Assembly: GCA_965203315.1 (NCBI GenBank)
Contig: CBDBCE010000006.1
Coordinates: forward strand, 1 to 53,622
DNA length: 53,622 bases
Origin: Nitrosopumilus sp.
GTDB taxonomy: Archaea; Thermoproteota; Nitrososphaeria; Nitrososphaerales; Nitrosopumilaceae
Direction: 5' to 3'
Positions 27,333 through 38,770 of the stretch are shown here, in pieces (position 1 is the first letter of the stretch; each line of letters opens with the position of its first letter). Position numbers and translations under genes: made by a program. The notes under the pieces were generated by a model. The model did no database searches. It saw only the letters and a program-made list of their open reading frames with translations, and was not told where the DNA came from.

Positions 27333-30300
27333 ATGCCTCAAAGAGATACTAGTTCTGACATAACCTATCCGACAGCTATACAAAGACCCAGAGGATTAAC
27401 ACGTGCTTGGAAAAAGTGGTTTATAGCAGAGAATGTTCGTGGTGGCACAAACAAGATTCATTGTTTATCAGATACTAAAACCAACGGAGTAAACGATAGA
27501 TTCGATCAACTAGATGTCAATCTAGGTGATAATCCTCTTGGACTGGCGTACTATCATGGCGAGTTTCTTGTGTCAGATGTGAGTAATGCCATCACTAGAT
27601 ACAGGCTAAAGCACGATAGCACGAGTTGGAGCAACTTTGATGCACGTGCAAGGTTTGGCTTTGACGTACAGGGTGGCAAGGCATTTATGATGAAAAATAG
27701 AATCAACCGATTCTTTACAGCAGATAATGTCGATATATCTATTGGTGGCACGTTCCAGGACTTTGTATTCAATGGCGAAGACATTGTAGTAGGTACGTCA
27801 GGAACAAATGAAAAGTTTTACAGAGCTACAAGTGCAGGTCTTGAGCCACCACAAACAGGAGTCAATCTCTTTTCTGATACTGAAAACAATAACGAGACCA
27901 TTGTTGCAATGTACTTTGATGGTGTTGTACTATGGACAATCATTCGTACAGGTGATGAAGATCAGCAAATTAATTGGCGATACGACAGATACGGATACAA
28001 GTTTCCCAATGAGCGTACCACTATAACCAAGACTCAATCTGAACAACGACTATCAGTAATGAATGGCATGACTGTAAAAGGCATGACCAAACTACATGGC
28101 AAGTTCTATCTTTTAGTGAATAATCTTACAAAGTGGTCGCTCATGGCATATAATGAAAATTGGACTAGAGACACTTCTGCCGACTTTGACATTGCCAATT
28201 TATCAGCCACAGGATTAACTACTGATGGCACATACCTATACACGATACAATCCAATATAGTACGAGCCTATCACCCTATCACAAAACAAGCCGTGCCAGA
28301 AAGAGACATACCAGTACGAACCCACGACATGCCAAATCCAACTGCTCTAGACTTTAAGAATGGCACACTCTGGTTAGGATTTCCTAATGGCACTAACAAG
28401 GTGTCTCTAAGAGACGCCACCCTAATAGAATATGATTATGTAGATGACGCTGACGCCAATACCAGTTTTACTCTGACCCGACCCTCTGCTACTGTACATT
28501 TTGAAGGCATGACTCACGATAGAACAAAGTTTGTAAACTATTTACCAGGAACGGTTGATGAGTTTGTAGCCTATCAACGCTATGGCGGAAGCCCACTTGG
28601 ACAGATTCGACTACAAGACCCACCCAGCGAAATATCAGGATATACCACACGGGGGGTTTACTTTGATGGCTCTGATTATTGGATTGCTAAAACCAACACA
28701 ACTGATGACAAACTATTACGCTTTACCCCTGATGTAACGGACAATCCCTATGCGGTTAAAGATCTCAAAACCCGTGATACATTATACCAACGAGTCTATG
28801 AGACGAGTGCGATACGACCAAAGATTGAACAAATCGATCTAGGTGGGGAATCCTCTATTAATTCGATAGCGATAGACGGTGATTACATCTATGTGAATAA
28901 CGATGAATCGCACCACATCAATCGAGTACACACAGGTACACATAGCAAAGATCTTCCATTCTTTACCTATGCTCAAACCTACGAGTTTACGGGACTGACT
29001 TTCCACGATGGCGAATTATACTGTACAGATAGACTGAATAACAGAGTAGTCGTCTATACTCCAAGAGAGACAGGAAACGATGGAGCAGATATACTAGCAC
29101 CGAATAGAGTTCACAATCTAACCAACATTTCAGGGGAAGCCCGTGCCATAACCTACAAAGACGGGGTATTCGCTGTAATAGACAGCAGATCAGGAGCTCG
29201 TTCCAACATTGTATTCTATGACAAGAATTTCAATTATCTTGGCAGTCGTCTAACCCCCATAAGAAGTACAGATCGTTCATGGACGTCTCAAGTACAAGCC
29301 ATAGCGTCAGATGGACGATATTGGTATTGTGGGGATTATCAAACAAACCGCATTCTAGTAGAGACAGGCACGTTTACAGATGGCATAGACAATCAAGAGG
29401 CATTACAGTTTAGTATAGATCCACCCGTAGCAGGTTATCGTATCGAAGGACTAGACATACAAGGCGGGACACTCTGGGTGGCATGGAACTCGACAACAAG
29501 TTCAACTACTCACTATGCTACTTCTCATAAATTGTATGGTTTTGGGAGTACAATAACAGGTACAGATGAGAAAAAACTAGAGACCAGAACGGCATTCGCA
29601 AAAAGAGATAACTCTGATAGTGCGACAGGTTTGGCTAATGATGGCACACATCTTTTCACAGTCAGTTCACATGATAGAGCTTTAATCGAGTATGATACTG
29701 ATGGTACTAATCGTAGGCAGGTTGGTAGTTTTACTGAATCATTTGGAATCGTAACAGGTGTGGCTAGAACAACCAACAAGTTTTATATCTTTTTGTATAA
29801 AGACCTAGCTCCTGCAACTAGCAGTATAGTACAAATGACTCATGCAGGGTCAGTCCTATCCACAAGACTCACAATAGGAACTAATACTCCCAATCCAGTA
29901 GGCGGTACATTTCACAATGGTAAATTGTATGTACTGGATAATTCTAACAATCAGATTGATGTGTATAATGTAACTGCTGGAAGTACAGCTGGAACTAATG
30001 ACTCTCTTGCATACAGTACATCATACAGTTTACCCAATAAATCATGGGGTTCTGTATGTAATGATGGAATACATCTTTGGTGTTTAAACACAACCGATAA
30101 TGAGATGTATGCTCTAGATTTATCAGGCAATCATATATCTGCCTTAGACTTTGACATTGATGACCCACAAACAGGGTATGGTTGGACGGGTTCAACAATA
30201 ATTGGTAATAAAATGTACATAATGCAACAAAAGAATGATGTACAAAACGCTTTAGTAGATACATGGCAACAACCTACAATTCGTGAACCTAAGGGAACTA

Positions 30301-33300
30301 AAATCATTGATACTACGGGGGAGTATAACAGTCTAGCTCATCATAATGGCAAGTTGTACTCCATTGATGGTCGTGCAGGGCATGTAAGTATTGATGAGTT
30401 TGAACTTGATGGTAGTAATCAAAGTAATCCAACAAGTGTTAGTTTACCTGCGGGTGTTACAGGTGCATACGCAGGTATGTGTGTTAATAGTTCAGGTAAT
30501 TTTGTAATTGTTACTGCAACTAATCGTGCATTTGAAATTAATGCGAGTGGCGATCTAGTAAGTCAACACACGCTAATCGGTACAAGTACTACAGCTGAAG
30601 GCATTACTTTACTTGGCGATAAGTATTATGTAGTACAATTTGATAATCGTGGAAATAAACGCATTCGTGTTTATAATTCGAGTTTTCAACATCAATCAAG
30701 TGAAGATACATTAATCACAGCCGCTGCCAAAGCAATTACTAATGATGGCACATATCTTTATCTTCGTGATGGTGGTAAACTCATTGCGATTGATCCAACC
30801 ACCAAAGCAAGAGTTCCAACACAGGACGTAGCTGTTACCAAACACGCACCTGCTCTAGATGGATTTGAACTAGAAGGCATGGATTATGCCAACAATACTT
30901 TCTATCTGTTATGGGCTGAAAGTGCTACGGGCAGGCGCATAGATCAATACCCAATGTCCACACAAACCCCACTCCTTGTAGATCAAGACAAAATACAAGG
31001 CGTAGCCAAACATGACGGCAAGGTATGGGTGCTAGACAATACCGACAACGTACTCCAACCCTACGATGATGACACCGATGACGAAACCAATCCCAGCGGG
31101 ACTCCAATTCAACTATTCGAGCATACTTGGATTTCAGTTACCAATGATGAAAACTATTTCTATATTCTAGCCAACGACAATATCATTTATTGTTATAATG
31201 AATCGGGGCGGGTTAGTGCCAGAGATATTAGTATCAAGGATGTGTCCTTGCCTAGCGGATATTCGTGGCAACAAATAATGATTTGGGACGATGTAATGTA
31301 CCTACACGCCACCACGACAGCAAGTAATACAGCCGATTACGTTTATCCTCTACAATACAAAGAGCATGATTATCTGGCAATACCTAGATATCCAGGCGAG
31401 TTTAGTTATGTCGCTTCTAGTCCTGTGTCGGTAAACATGGGTGCGACTTCTATTCCCCAACCTGACGCCTTTGCATGGGACGGCACACATTGGTATGTAA
31501 TGGAAGATTCCAACAGAGAGCTATTCAAGTTTAATGATTCCTTTGCTCTACAAACCCCTCGCAATCAACGGGTAGGCGGTACATCAAGTCAAGACATCTA
31601 TGGTATTGTATGGACAGGTACTCGATTGGTTTACTTTTCGACACGGGGTTGGGGTACAATCAATACAAGCACATTGGTGTCTTCTAATCCCATTGGGGAC
31701 AATGCTCCCATATTGATTAATCCCAGCAATGCCATAACTTTCTATGAAGACGTGTTTTACGTTCCACAAAGACGTGGCGTGTACATGTTTTCCTTTGATG
31801 GCACGACTGCGAGTTATCTTGGTCGATTCGATACTGTCGCTTCTGATCCACTTGGTATTGCCGCCTATGAAGGTGTACTGTACATTGTTGGTGAGAATAA
31901 ACACGTCTATGTCTATGACATTGGCACAAAGAGACGAAAGCCTGAAAGAGAGTTTGACGCAACAGGTCCAGATGAAATCCATGAAGCATTAATCAGAGAC
32001 CATCGACTATACTTACTAGGACGAGATACCTCTGACAACAAGGCACTACGATACTATGATCTACGACAACGAGACTTTTCTCGCATAGACGTTGGGCAAG
32101 ATATACGGGACGGAGCAATCACCACAAACAACAACTATTTCTTTGTTGTGTCAGATCATACCAATAACATCTACAAGGTATCGATTCATTCAGGTGCAGT
32201 TGAACTAACCATCGGTCTTTGGAATACAGGTAGCACGGTAAACCAAGACCCCGTTGGGGCTACACTTCATGGCAACGAGATAGCCGTATTGGACAAAGAC
32301 AGTAAGCACATATTCCTGTATAACGACCATCAGGCGACACAATCACTACAAGTCCAACACATAAAACGACTACCACCTACAATAACGGACTTGCGAGGGA
32401 TAACTTGGTTCAATGGATTATATTGGGTCGTGGCAGGACGCAACATCTATCTGTTTGGCGATACTCCACATACTGTATTACCTGCGGCACACATCACATT
32501 AACTGCTGACGCCAACGACTTTGACTGTATAACCCATGATGATAACTATGTGTATGTGTTGATGTCATCTGAAGATGTCCATGTGTTTGACCGCAACGGC
32601 ACTCGAATACATCACAGAGACGTCCAACTAGACGAGTATTCTGGCGATAATGATCTTCGCAATCTATCGGGTATAACTCACACCAATGGGCTTTTGTATA
32701 TTCTGGACGGGGGCACAAACAACAACGCTAGAGTATTTCCCATTAAACTACGCAAAGACAATGAATGGCTTGTAGAACAAAGAGAGATACTTGGTAATAG
32801 TTTTGGCAATGCTAGAACAGTTGGATCACATAGTACCATACCCCTAGCTCTAGCAAATACTAGTCCTCTTGATGTGGCTGCACAGTTTACCAATGTTGCA
32901 GAAAATTATGGTAGTTTGTATGTTCTGGATAGAGTAAAGCGACACATCTATGTTTATGATTTAGACGCAGGGTGGTGGGACGAAGTCAAAAGTTTCGCTC
33001 TAAACTCTGATACCAGAGAGCCTGAATCCATAACAATCAACGATGGTAAACTGTATGTTCTGAACAATACTGCCACAAGTCCGTCAGTTCACGTCTATAA
33101 CATATCTCTGACAGGATTACACTCTGGCTTTGCTCGTAGGTTATCTCTGGACGACATTGCATTAACTCAAGATTCCACAGGCTATGATCATATTGCGTGG
33201 TTTAACGATATACTCCTAGTGCGTGGTAAGGGTGGAATGACATACGGCTTTGTTAATGGACAACACGGCACTACAATATCCAACATAGCAGGACGATTCG

Positions 33301-36300
33301 GATTTGATGATTACGACATGTATCATTACGATTCGGGCAATGTAGTCAAGAGACAACTAGCTTTAGAATCGCATACGGGACCCACAGTATTCTCTGGACT
33401 GGATAATCCACGAGGTTTATCTGTGTTTAATGACGAGTTAATTGCAATATCTGATAAAACTCCAGGCAAGGAGGTTATCTCTAGAACTCCTGTATTTACC
33501 GCAACTCAGGCTAGAACATATCCACCAAATCCAACACCAGAGACAGTAATCGATAATATCGTTCTTCCTCCAGGTGCGAGTATTCAGGGGGCAACTTCTG
33601 ATGACACTACCATGTGGCTACTCGATAATAACTCCAAGCGAGTATATCAATATACAATAGACAATTCAGGATCAACTCCTGCTATATCGACTGTCAATTC
33701 AGGCTCATTCCTAGTAAATACAACTGAAAACGTACGGGGTATAACCAAAGGACCTGATAGATTTTACATTCTGGCAGATACTCGAATCCTAGAATATACG
33801 CTATCGGGACTAGAGATACCTTTCTCAACATCTCTGACAATCCCAACAACTCGCAGACTAGGAATCACTTATTATAATAACAAACTATGGGTTGCAGTCA
33901 TAGACACAGGTACAAACTCTCACTATGTTCATGCCTATGATACAAGCACCAGAGAATCTACAACAGGTGGTTTTAGAGTATCGGATGCCAATATTGGTGG
34001 TATTGCTACTGATGATAATCGCTTTTGGATGTTCTATGGCGATGGTTGGAGTAGGTATGATATATCAGATACATCTGTCGGGAATCAAACTAATTGGAGT
34101 ACGTCAGGTATTGATAATGTCTATCGTGAGGCGGGTTGTATGTATTCCAATGATCGTATATATGGTGTACTCCAACACAATACAAACAATACACTCAGGA
34201 TGTTACCCCTCAAAGTATCTGACTCTGCCAAAGCAGTCGATTCAATCACTCTAGATACTGCCAATTCAGACCCAGAAGGCTTGGCGTCAGATGATACCTA
34301 TCTGTATGTGGCAGATGGTAATGGAAGGCAACTATACGTTTATCCTGGCGTGGGAGCTCAAGATCATGCCAAGATAGATGCTAGAGGCATAGACTTTACA
34401 GAAGAGACTTCTCTTGGTTCGCCACACGGATTACATGTGTATAACGATAAACTCTACGTGCTGAATGATTACGATCCAAACAATCCAACCACCAACGCCA
34501 ACAAGATATTTGCGTGGCTTACGGGGATATTTCCAAGTAAAGAGTTGGTTATATCTTATGCCATGCCATATCTACGAAAAGCACTAAACGTATCATATCT
34601 GATTAAGAGACCACAGTATTGGCACTATCAACGTCCACCTCATACAGATATTACTCATCGACTTGGTGCGATGACAATCGTTGGTAATTCATTATATATC
34701 ATTACAAGTGGTGGCACAGGAACAGGTCTTACTCTGAAAAAATACAACAAGGACACTTTCGCAGCTGAACGATTTACGGCAGGAGGAGTTTCAACTGAAA
34801 ATGCTTTCATTCCAAAGCCCTCTGGTGCAAGTGGAGTAAACGTGCAAGACATGACATGGGACGGCTCTAATCTATTTCTTGCAAGTAATAATGATGATCG
34901 TCTATGGAAAATATCCAATGAGCCAACGTATGATTCTGCTAATAGTCGTGAAGTGTTAGGTAGAGTCGATATGTCAGTTACAGGTAGTCGTACATCGTGG
35001 GAAGGAATGGCATGGAATGGCGAACATATTATAGTCGTTGATACCGAAGCGGGTGAAAAGTTTGAAAGACGTAATACCTCTCTGGGTGCTATTGATTCGC
35101 AAACAATCAATTTCGGTTCAGGTGCGTTTAGTAGTCTAGCCAGTGCAGATCACGTCAATGGCATGGACTTTGACGAACAAAACTATTACTGTGTAGTATC
35201 CAACAACATCACAAACAGAAGCAAACTCGTGGTAATAAACAGAGAGCTAAACAAACTAGAGTTTGAAACCGACTTGCCCACAGCAATAACTCACCCTGTT
35301 GGAATAGTCAAGGACGGAGACCGTGTTATCATAGCTAATTGGGTAACTGCGGGTTCAAACAACGGACTCTATGTTTTCAGATACGTAACTCCTGTGATTC
35401 GAGGTTTACCAATATCCTTTGAAATTCTTAGCTCTTTGATCTCGCCAAAGATGTTAAACATTCTATACAGTATATCTCGAATCCCTGCAAAGAAGCCTCT
35501 ATCCATGATATACGATATACCATTCTATCGTATCTCACCAAAGGCGTTAAACATCGTATATGACATCAACGAGTATCTTGTGCCAAAAATACTAAACATC
35601 TCTTATAAAATTTCAAGACGTGCCACAAAGCCATTAAACATCATATACGAGATATTTAGAATCCCTGCTAGTAAACGATTACGAATACGATACAGAATAT
35701 TACGAATCCCTGCAAAGAAGCCATTACAAATACTATACAGTATAGCAGAAAATCTAATACCAAAGCCAATAAACATATCCTACAAAATTAACGAGTTCAG
35801 AAAGAGCAAGAGTCTAGATGTAATATATCACATGCTTAATTTCGATCTCCGATTGGGTAATAGATTCGATGTTACATATACCGATGATATTACACAGGTT
35901 CGCTCACTCTCTAGGTTTAGAGATCAATGGGCGATACTTGGTAATAGTGAGCAACAGAGACCATCAGATAGAAACCCTGTTGATTATGACGCTGTCCACT
36001 TTGTAAACGAAGACGGCACAACAGGGGAAACAGAAAATGTGGATTGGGTGGAAGTTGATTCCAACAAGGCAGGACTTCACATAGAAGGCAATGAAATGTA
36101 TGTGCTAAATGATGATGGTGAGGTAAACCTGTTCAGGTATAACGGCACTAGATGGATATTTGATGGCGAGTTGTCATATCGTGAACCTGAACAAAGACGT
36201 ACCGACTGTGTGGATATTCTAATTGTACCACCTGGCGGGGAAGACGGCACAGACGGACTTGTAGCAATAGTAAACGAACAAGACACTCCAGAAACCAAGT

Positions 36301-37319
36301 TCTTTACTCGTGTTGGTTCAGAATTACAATGGTTCGGCGATGCCTATATCTATATGGCAGGTACTGATCCTCGTGGACTTACTGCCGATGAATCCTATTT
36401 CTATATGGTAGATAATACAGGTAAACAAGTTATCGCATATAACAGACGTAATGGTGAAGGTGATGATGGTGATGAGTATCGCAATCCACAAGGCTATAAC
36501 ATAGAGGACGACTTTACCAGAGAGAATTTTCCACTGGACACAAACAATCAGAGACCTCGAGGAATCTATGTCTTTGGCAAGGTTGTATGGGTGCTAGAGA
36601 ATAATCGCAGAACAGGGGGTGCTGTTGCAGAACGAATGTTATACGCATACAATACTGAACTATCTTGGTATCGACAAGTATTGGATATTGTATATTCGAT
36701 ACCCACCTATACTATCAAAAAGCCACTAAACATTCTATATCGTGTAATCGGTATTCCTAAAAAGAAACTAGACATATCGTATCGTATCACAGGGTTCAAC
36801 ATAGATCCAAAGGCTCTTGTTATATCCTATGCGATTCCATTCTTTAGACGAGTTTGGGACTTGGGCATATCATACGACATTGCACATTATACCAATACTC
36901 ACCCACTACAGATTCTCTATCGCATAGCATATACTTTCATAGATCCAAAGCCGTTAAACATATCCTACAATATTGCCGAGTATAGAGCTCAAGGTGATCT
37001 GCTCATAGAGTACATGATTGACTATTTCAGACGGGATTGGCAGTTGCCTATATCGTTTGGTATTCTGGGACTTAGACCCAGAAAACAACTAGGCATTATG
37101 TACGAGATATTTAGAATCCCTGCAAAGAAATCACTCGATATACGTTATCGCATTGGCGCCATAGTACGGGGCAAATCACTATCCATACAATACAAGATAG
37201 ACAACATTGAGATCTTTAACTCTCTCAAGATAATATACAGTATTCAAAAGATACTGCCCAAACAGATTATCGACTTTAAATATATTAGAGACAAGGTGGT
37301 GAAATTCTTTAATGAATGA
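27333..37319 (+). CDS. Giant (3328 aa) multi-beta-propeller adhesin-like protein with C-terminal KPLNIxYxI repeats
   Basis: Dozens of G(L/I)x.DG..L(Y/W)V blades (e.g. NSDPEGLASDDTYLYVAD); ~25 short K(P/A/S)LxIxYxI repeats. Confidence 0.8.
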   Translation: MPQRDTSSDITYPTAIQRPRGLTRAWKKWFIAENVRGGTNKIHCLSDTKTNGVNDRFDQLDVNLGDNPLGLAYYHGEFLVSDVSNAITRYRLKHDSTSWSNFDARARFGFDVQGGKAFMMKNRINRFFTADNVDISIGGTFQDFVFNGEDIVVGTSGTNEKFYRATSAGLEPPQTGVNLFSDTENNNETIVAMYFDGVVLWTIIRTGDEDQQINWRYDRYGYKFPNERTTITKTQSEQRLSVMNGMTVKGMTKLHGKFYLLVNNLTKWSLMAYNENWTRDTSADFDIANLSATGLTTDGTYLYTIQSNIVRAYHPITKQAVPERDIPVRTHDMPNPTALDFKNGTLWLGFPNGTNKVSLRDATLIEYDYVDDADANTSFTLTRPSATVHFEGMTHDRTKFVNYLPGTVDEFVAYQRYGGSPLGQIRLQDPPSEISGYTTRGVYFDGSDYWIAKTNTTDDKLLRFTPDVTDNPYAVKDLKTRDTLYQRVYETSAIRPKIEQIDLGGESSINSIAIDGDYIYVNNDESHHINRVHTGTHSKDLPFFTYAQTYEFTGLTFHDGELYCTDRLNNRVVVYTPRETGNDGADILAPNRVHNLTNISGEARAITYKDGVFAVIDSRSGARSNIVFYDKNFNYLGSRLTPIRSTDRSWTSQVQAIASDGRYWYCGDYQTNRILVETGTFTDGIDNQEALQFSIDPPVAGYRIEGLDIQGGTLWVAWNSTTSSTTHYATSHKLYGFGSTITGTDEKKLETRTAFAKRDNSDSATGLANDGTHLFTVSSHDRALIEYDTDGTNRRQVGSFTESFGIVTGVARTTNKFYIFLYKDLAPATSSIVQMTHAGSVLSTRLTIGTNTPNPVGGTFHNGKLYVLDNSNNQIDVYNVTAGSTAGTNDSLAYSTSYSLPNKSWGSVCNDGIHLWCLNTTDNEMYALDLSGNHISALDFDIDDPQTGYGWTGSTIIGNKMYIMQQKNDVQNALVDTWQQPTIREPKGTKIIDTTGEYNSLAHHNGKLYSIDGRAGHVSIDEFELDGSNQSNPTSVSLPAGVTGAYAGMCVNSSGNFVIVTATNRAFEINASGDLVSQHTLIGTSTTAEGITLLGDKYYVVQFDNRGNKRIRVYNSSFQHQSSEDTLITAAAKAITNDGTYLYLRDGGKLIAIDPTTKARVPTQDVAVTKHAPALDGFELEGMDYANNTFYLLWAESATGRRIDQYPMSTQTPLLVDQDKIQGVAKHDGKVWVLDNTDNVLQPYDDDTDDETNPSGTPIQLFEHTWISVTNDENYFYILANDNIIYCYNESGRVSARDISIKDVSLPSGYSWQQIMIWDDVMYLHATTTASNTADYVYPLQYKEHDYLAIPRYPGEFSYVASSPVSVNMGATSIPQPDAFAWDGTHWYVMEDSNRELFKFNDSFALQTPRNQRVGGTSSQDIYGIVWTGTRLVYFSTRGWGTINTSTLVSSNPIGDNAPILINPSNAITFYEDVFYVPQRRGVYMFSFDGTTASYLGRFDTVASDPLGIAAYEGVLYIVGENKHVYVYDIGTKRRKPEREFDATGPDEIHEALIRDHRLYLLGRDTSDNKALRYYDLRQRDFSRIDVGQDIRDGAITTNNNYFFVVSDHTNNIYKVSIHSGAVELTIGLWNTGSTVNQDPVGATLHGNEIAVLDKDSKHIFLYNDHQATQSLQVQHIKRLPPTITDLRGITWFNGLYWVVAGRNIYLFGDTPHTVLPAAHITLTADANDFDCITHDDNYVYVLMSSEDVHVFDRNGTRIHHRDVQLDEYSGDNDLRNLSGITHTNGLLYILDGGTNNNARVFPIKLRKDNEWLVEQREILGNSFGNARTVGSHSTIPLALANTSPLDVAAQFTNVAENYGSLYVLDRVKRHIYVYDLDAGWWDEVKSFALNSDTREPESITINDGKLYVLNNTATSPSVHVYNISLTGLHSGFARRLSLDDIALTQDSTGYDHIAWFNDILLVRGKGGMTYGFVNGQHGTTISNIAGRFGFDDYDMYHYDSGNVVKRQLALESHTGPTVFSGLDNPRGLSVFNDELIAISDKTPGKEVISRTPVFTATQARTYPPNPTPETVIDNIVLPPGASIQGATSDDTTMWLLDNNSKRVYQYTIDNSGSTPAISTVNSGSFLVNTTENVRGITKGPDRFYILADTRILEYTLSGLEIPFSTSLTIPTTRRLGITYYNNKLWVAVIDTGTNSHYVHAYDTSTRESTTGGFRVSDANIGGIATDDNRFWMFYGDGWSRYDISDTSVGNQTNWSTSGIDNVYREAGCMYSNDRIYGVLQHNTNNTLRMLPLKVSDSAKAVDSITLDTANSDPEGLASDDTYLYVADGNGRQLYVYPGVGAQDHAKIDARGIDFTEETSLGSPHGLHVYNDKLYVLNDYDPNNPTTNANKIFAWLTGIFPSKELVISYAMPYLRKALNVSYLIKRPQYWHYQRPPHTDITHRLGAMTIVGNSLYIITSGGTGTGLTLKKYNKDTFAAERFTAGGVSTENAFIPKPSGASGVNVQDMTWDGSNLFLASNNDDRLWKISNEPTYDSANSREVLGRVDMSVTGSRTSWEGMAWNGEHIIVVDTEAGEKFERRNTSLGAIDSQTINFGSGAFSSLASADHVNGMDFDEQNYYCVVSNNITNRSKLVVINRELNKLEFETDLPTAITHPVGIVKDGDRVIIANWVTAGSNNGLYVFRYVTPVIRGLPISFEILSSLISPKMLNILYSISRIPAKKPLSMIYDIPFYRISPKALNIVYDINEYLVPKILNISYKISRRATKPLNIIYEIFRIPASKRLRIRYRILRIPAKKPLQILYSIAENLIPKPINISYKINEFRKSKSLDVIYHMLNFDLRLGNRFDVTYTDDITQVRSLSRFRDQWAILGNSEQQRPSDRNPVDYDAVHFVNEDGTTGETENVDWVEVDSNKAGLHIEGNEMYVLNDDGEVNLFRYNGTRWIFDGELSYREPEQRRTDCVDILIVPPGGEDGTDGLVAIVNEQDTPETKFFTRVGSELQWFGDAYIYMAGTDPRGLTADESYFYMVDNTGKQVIAYNRRNGEGDDGDEYRNPQGYNIEDDFTRENFPLDTNNQRPRGIYVFGKVVWVLENNRRTGGAVAERMLYAYNTELSWYRQVLDIVYSIPTYTIKKPLNILYRVIGIPKKKLDISYRITGFNIDPKALVISYAIPFFRRVWDLGISYDIAHYTNTHPLQILYRIAYTFIDPKPLNISYNIAEYRAQGDLLIEYMIDYFRRDWQLPISFGILGLRPRKQLGIMYEIFRIPAKKSLDIRYRIGAIVRGKSLSIQYKIDNIEIFNSLKIIYSIQKILPKQIIDFKYIRDKVVKFFNE

Positions 37320-37641
37320 CTATACCACGTTTCATCAGGGGAGTGCCTTTACCAAAGTGTTTCGAGTCAAGGACTATGATTTACACAACTATGCTACTCC
37401 CAAAGCCACCTGGACGTTCACCACAGTCAAAACAGATGGCATAACAAGAAAGTCTCTAGACACAGATCGTGTATCTCAAAAAGGCAAAGATGTCGATATC
37501 ACCTTTGAAATACCATCTGACTTTTTCACGGCTGACATGGTAGGATCTTGCAAATATCAGGTGTCTCTGTATGACGAAAGTGATAGAACTCCTAGACTAC
37601 ACACAACTGAATATATCGGTGAGATTAAAGCTCCACTCTAG
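37312..37641 (+). CDS. Small Ig-like/BppU-like beta-sandwich protein
   Basis: HQGS.F.K.F.V...DL, CKYQVSL pattern; follows the giant protein. Confidence 0.45.
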   Translation: MNDYTTFHQGSAFTKVFRVKDYDLHNYATPKATWTFTTVKTDGITRKSLDTDRVSQKGKDVDITFEIPSDFFTADMVGSCKYQVSLYDESDRTPRLHTTEYIGEIKAPL

Positions 37642-38273
37642 TATCGACAACTAACGGACAAGTGTATAGCCGCATTACGATTTGCTGTTGATATACGAAA
37701 TCTAAATCTTAACCAAAAGAATGGTGGCATCCAATGAAATATCCTTGTCTCACTTGGTGATAATTCTGCACCTGTTGGATAATTTACCAGAGGCGGTTGA
37801 GTTGCAGTATCTGTTTGACCTGCTGCAAATGTACCTCTACCGCCTTCAATGGTGTTTGTGCCACTGAGCCTCCACGATCTTGTTTCAATGGGTAAATCCA
37901 AAGACATGTCTCTGATATAGATATATCGATTAGAAGTTGTACCAACATCATCTCTAGACCCAACTACATCCCAATTATATTCACCTGTTCTTCCATACCT
38001 AACGGCTGTATCATAATTTACATCTTCTAAAATTCCCCACAGATTATAACCAACCGCAGACTCACTACTACTATCTACTTGGAAGTGAATGAATGTTGCC
38101 TTTGGGGCTCCGACAGGTAGATAAAAATCTCTTTCTCTTTGTCCGCCTTGTGCTGTCCGTCCTAGTATAGTGCCATGTGCATGAAAAGTACCTACGTCTC
38201 CTCTACGCTTTAAAGAGTACTCGCCTTCACCATCCATGAATTGTCTTCCAATTAGATCCTTTTGATACGACAT
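37638..38273 (-). CDS. Hypothetical beta-rich protein
   Basis: ORF track; C-terminal WLRFRF strand. Confidence 0.55.
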   Translation of the reverse strand: MSYQKDLIGRQFMDGEGEYSLKRRGDVGTFHAHGTILGRTAQGGQRERDFYLPVGAPKATFIHFQVDSSSESAVGYNLWGILEDVNYDTAVRYGRTGEYNWDVVGSRDDVGTTSNRYIYIRDMSLDLPIETRSWRLSGTNTIEGGRGTFAAGQTDTATQPPLVNYPTGAELSPSETRIFHWMPPFFWLRFRFRISTANRNAAIHLSVSCRY

Positions 38274-38403
38274 TACTTGATCACAACCTCACAATCATCA
38301 CAAAACCATTCCCATTCCATTGGACGTCCATCTGTAAAAACAACAGGACATGGTGCTACCATCTGTTCACATTTATGACATTTTTTTGTTTGTGTGGGTA
38401 CGT

Positions 38404-38730
38404 TCATTTAATCACCTTGCGGATATGTGGATAGTCTTTCTTGTCAAAGTGATCTAGATACTTGGCTTTCTTTATGCCAACGAATACTTGACCATACATA
38501 GCGTCAAAATGATTCTGCTCCAATAACCCATCTGTCAGAAATAGAGCGACGATTTCCATGTGGTCTAGAACAGTTATGAGATCCCCCTCTGCACCTCTGT
38601 CTATACTGCCATCGTTTTTAGTAATAGAAGTACTATTCTCGACAGCACGAACATCTTGTGCGAAATCTGGAATACTCTTCTCAGCACTCCATAAATTTAA
38701 TAATAGTCCAGCAGATTCTACCTTGCCCAT
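38404..38730 (-). CDS. DUF4760-like protein
   Basis: VLDHMEIVALFLTDGLLE...MYG...YPHI pattern. Confidence 0.45.
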   Translation of the reverse strand: MGKVESAGLLLNLWSAEKSIPDFAQDVRAVENSTSITKNDGSIDRGAEGDLITVLDHMEIVALFLTDGLLEQNHFDAMYGQVFVGIKKAKYLDHFDKKDYPHIRKVIK

Positions 38731-38770
38731 TTACTTGTTATAAGGGGGGCTACTTTATAAGTCTTAGTGA

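Noticed and set aside
27554-36298. Numerous short antisense or alternate-frame ORFs inside the giant gene (and likewise inside portal, MCP and MCM)
   Set aside because: Shadow ORFs overlapping well-supported genes, with no motifs or promoters
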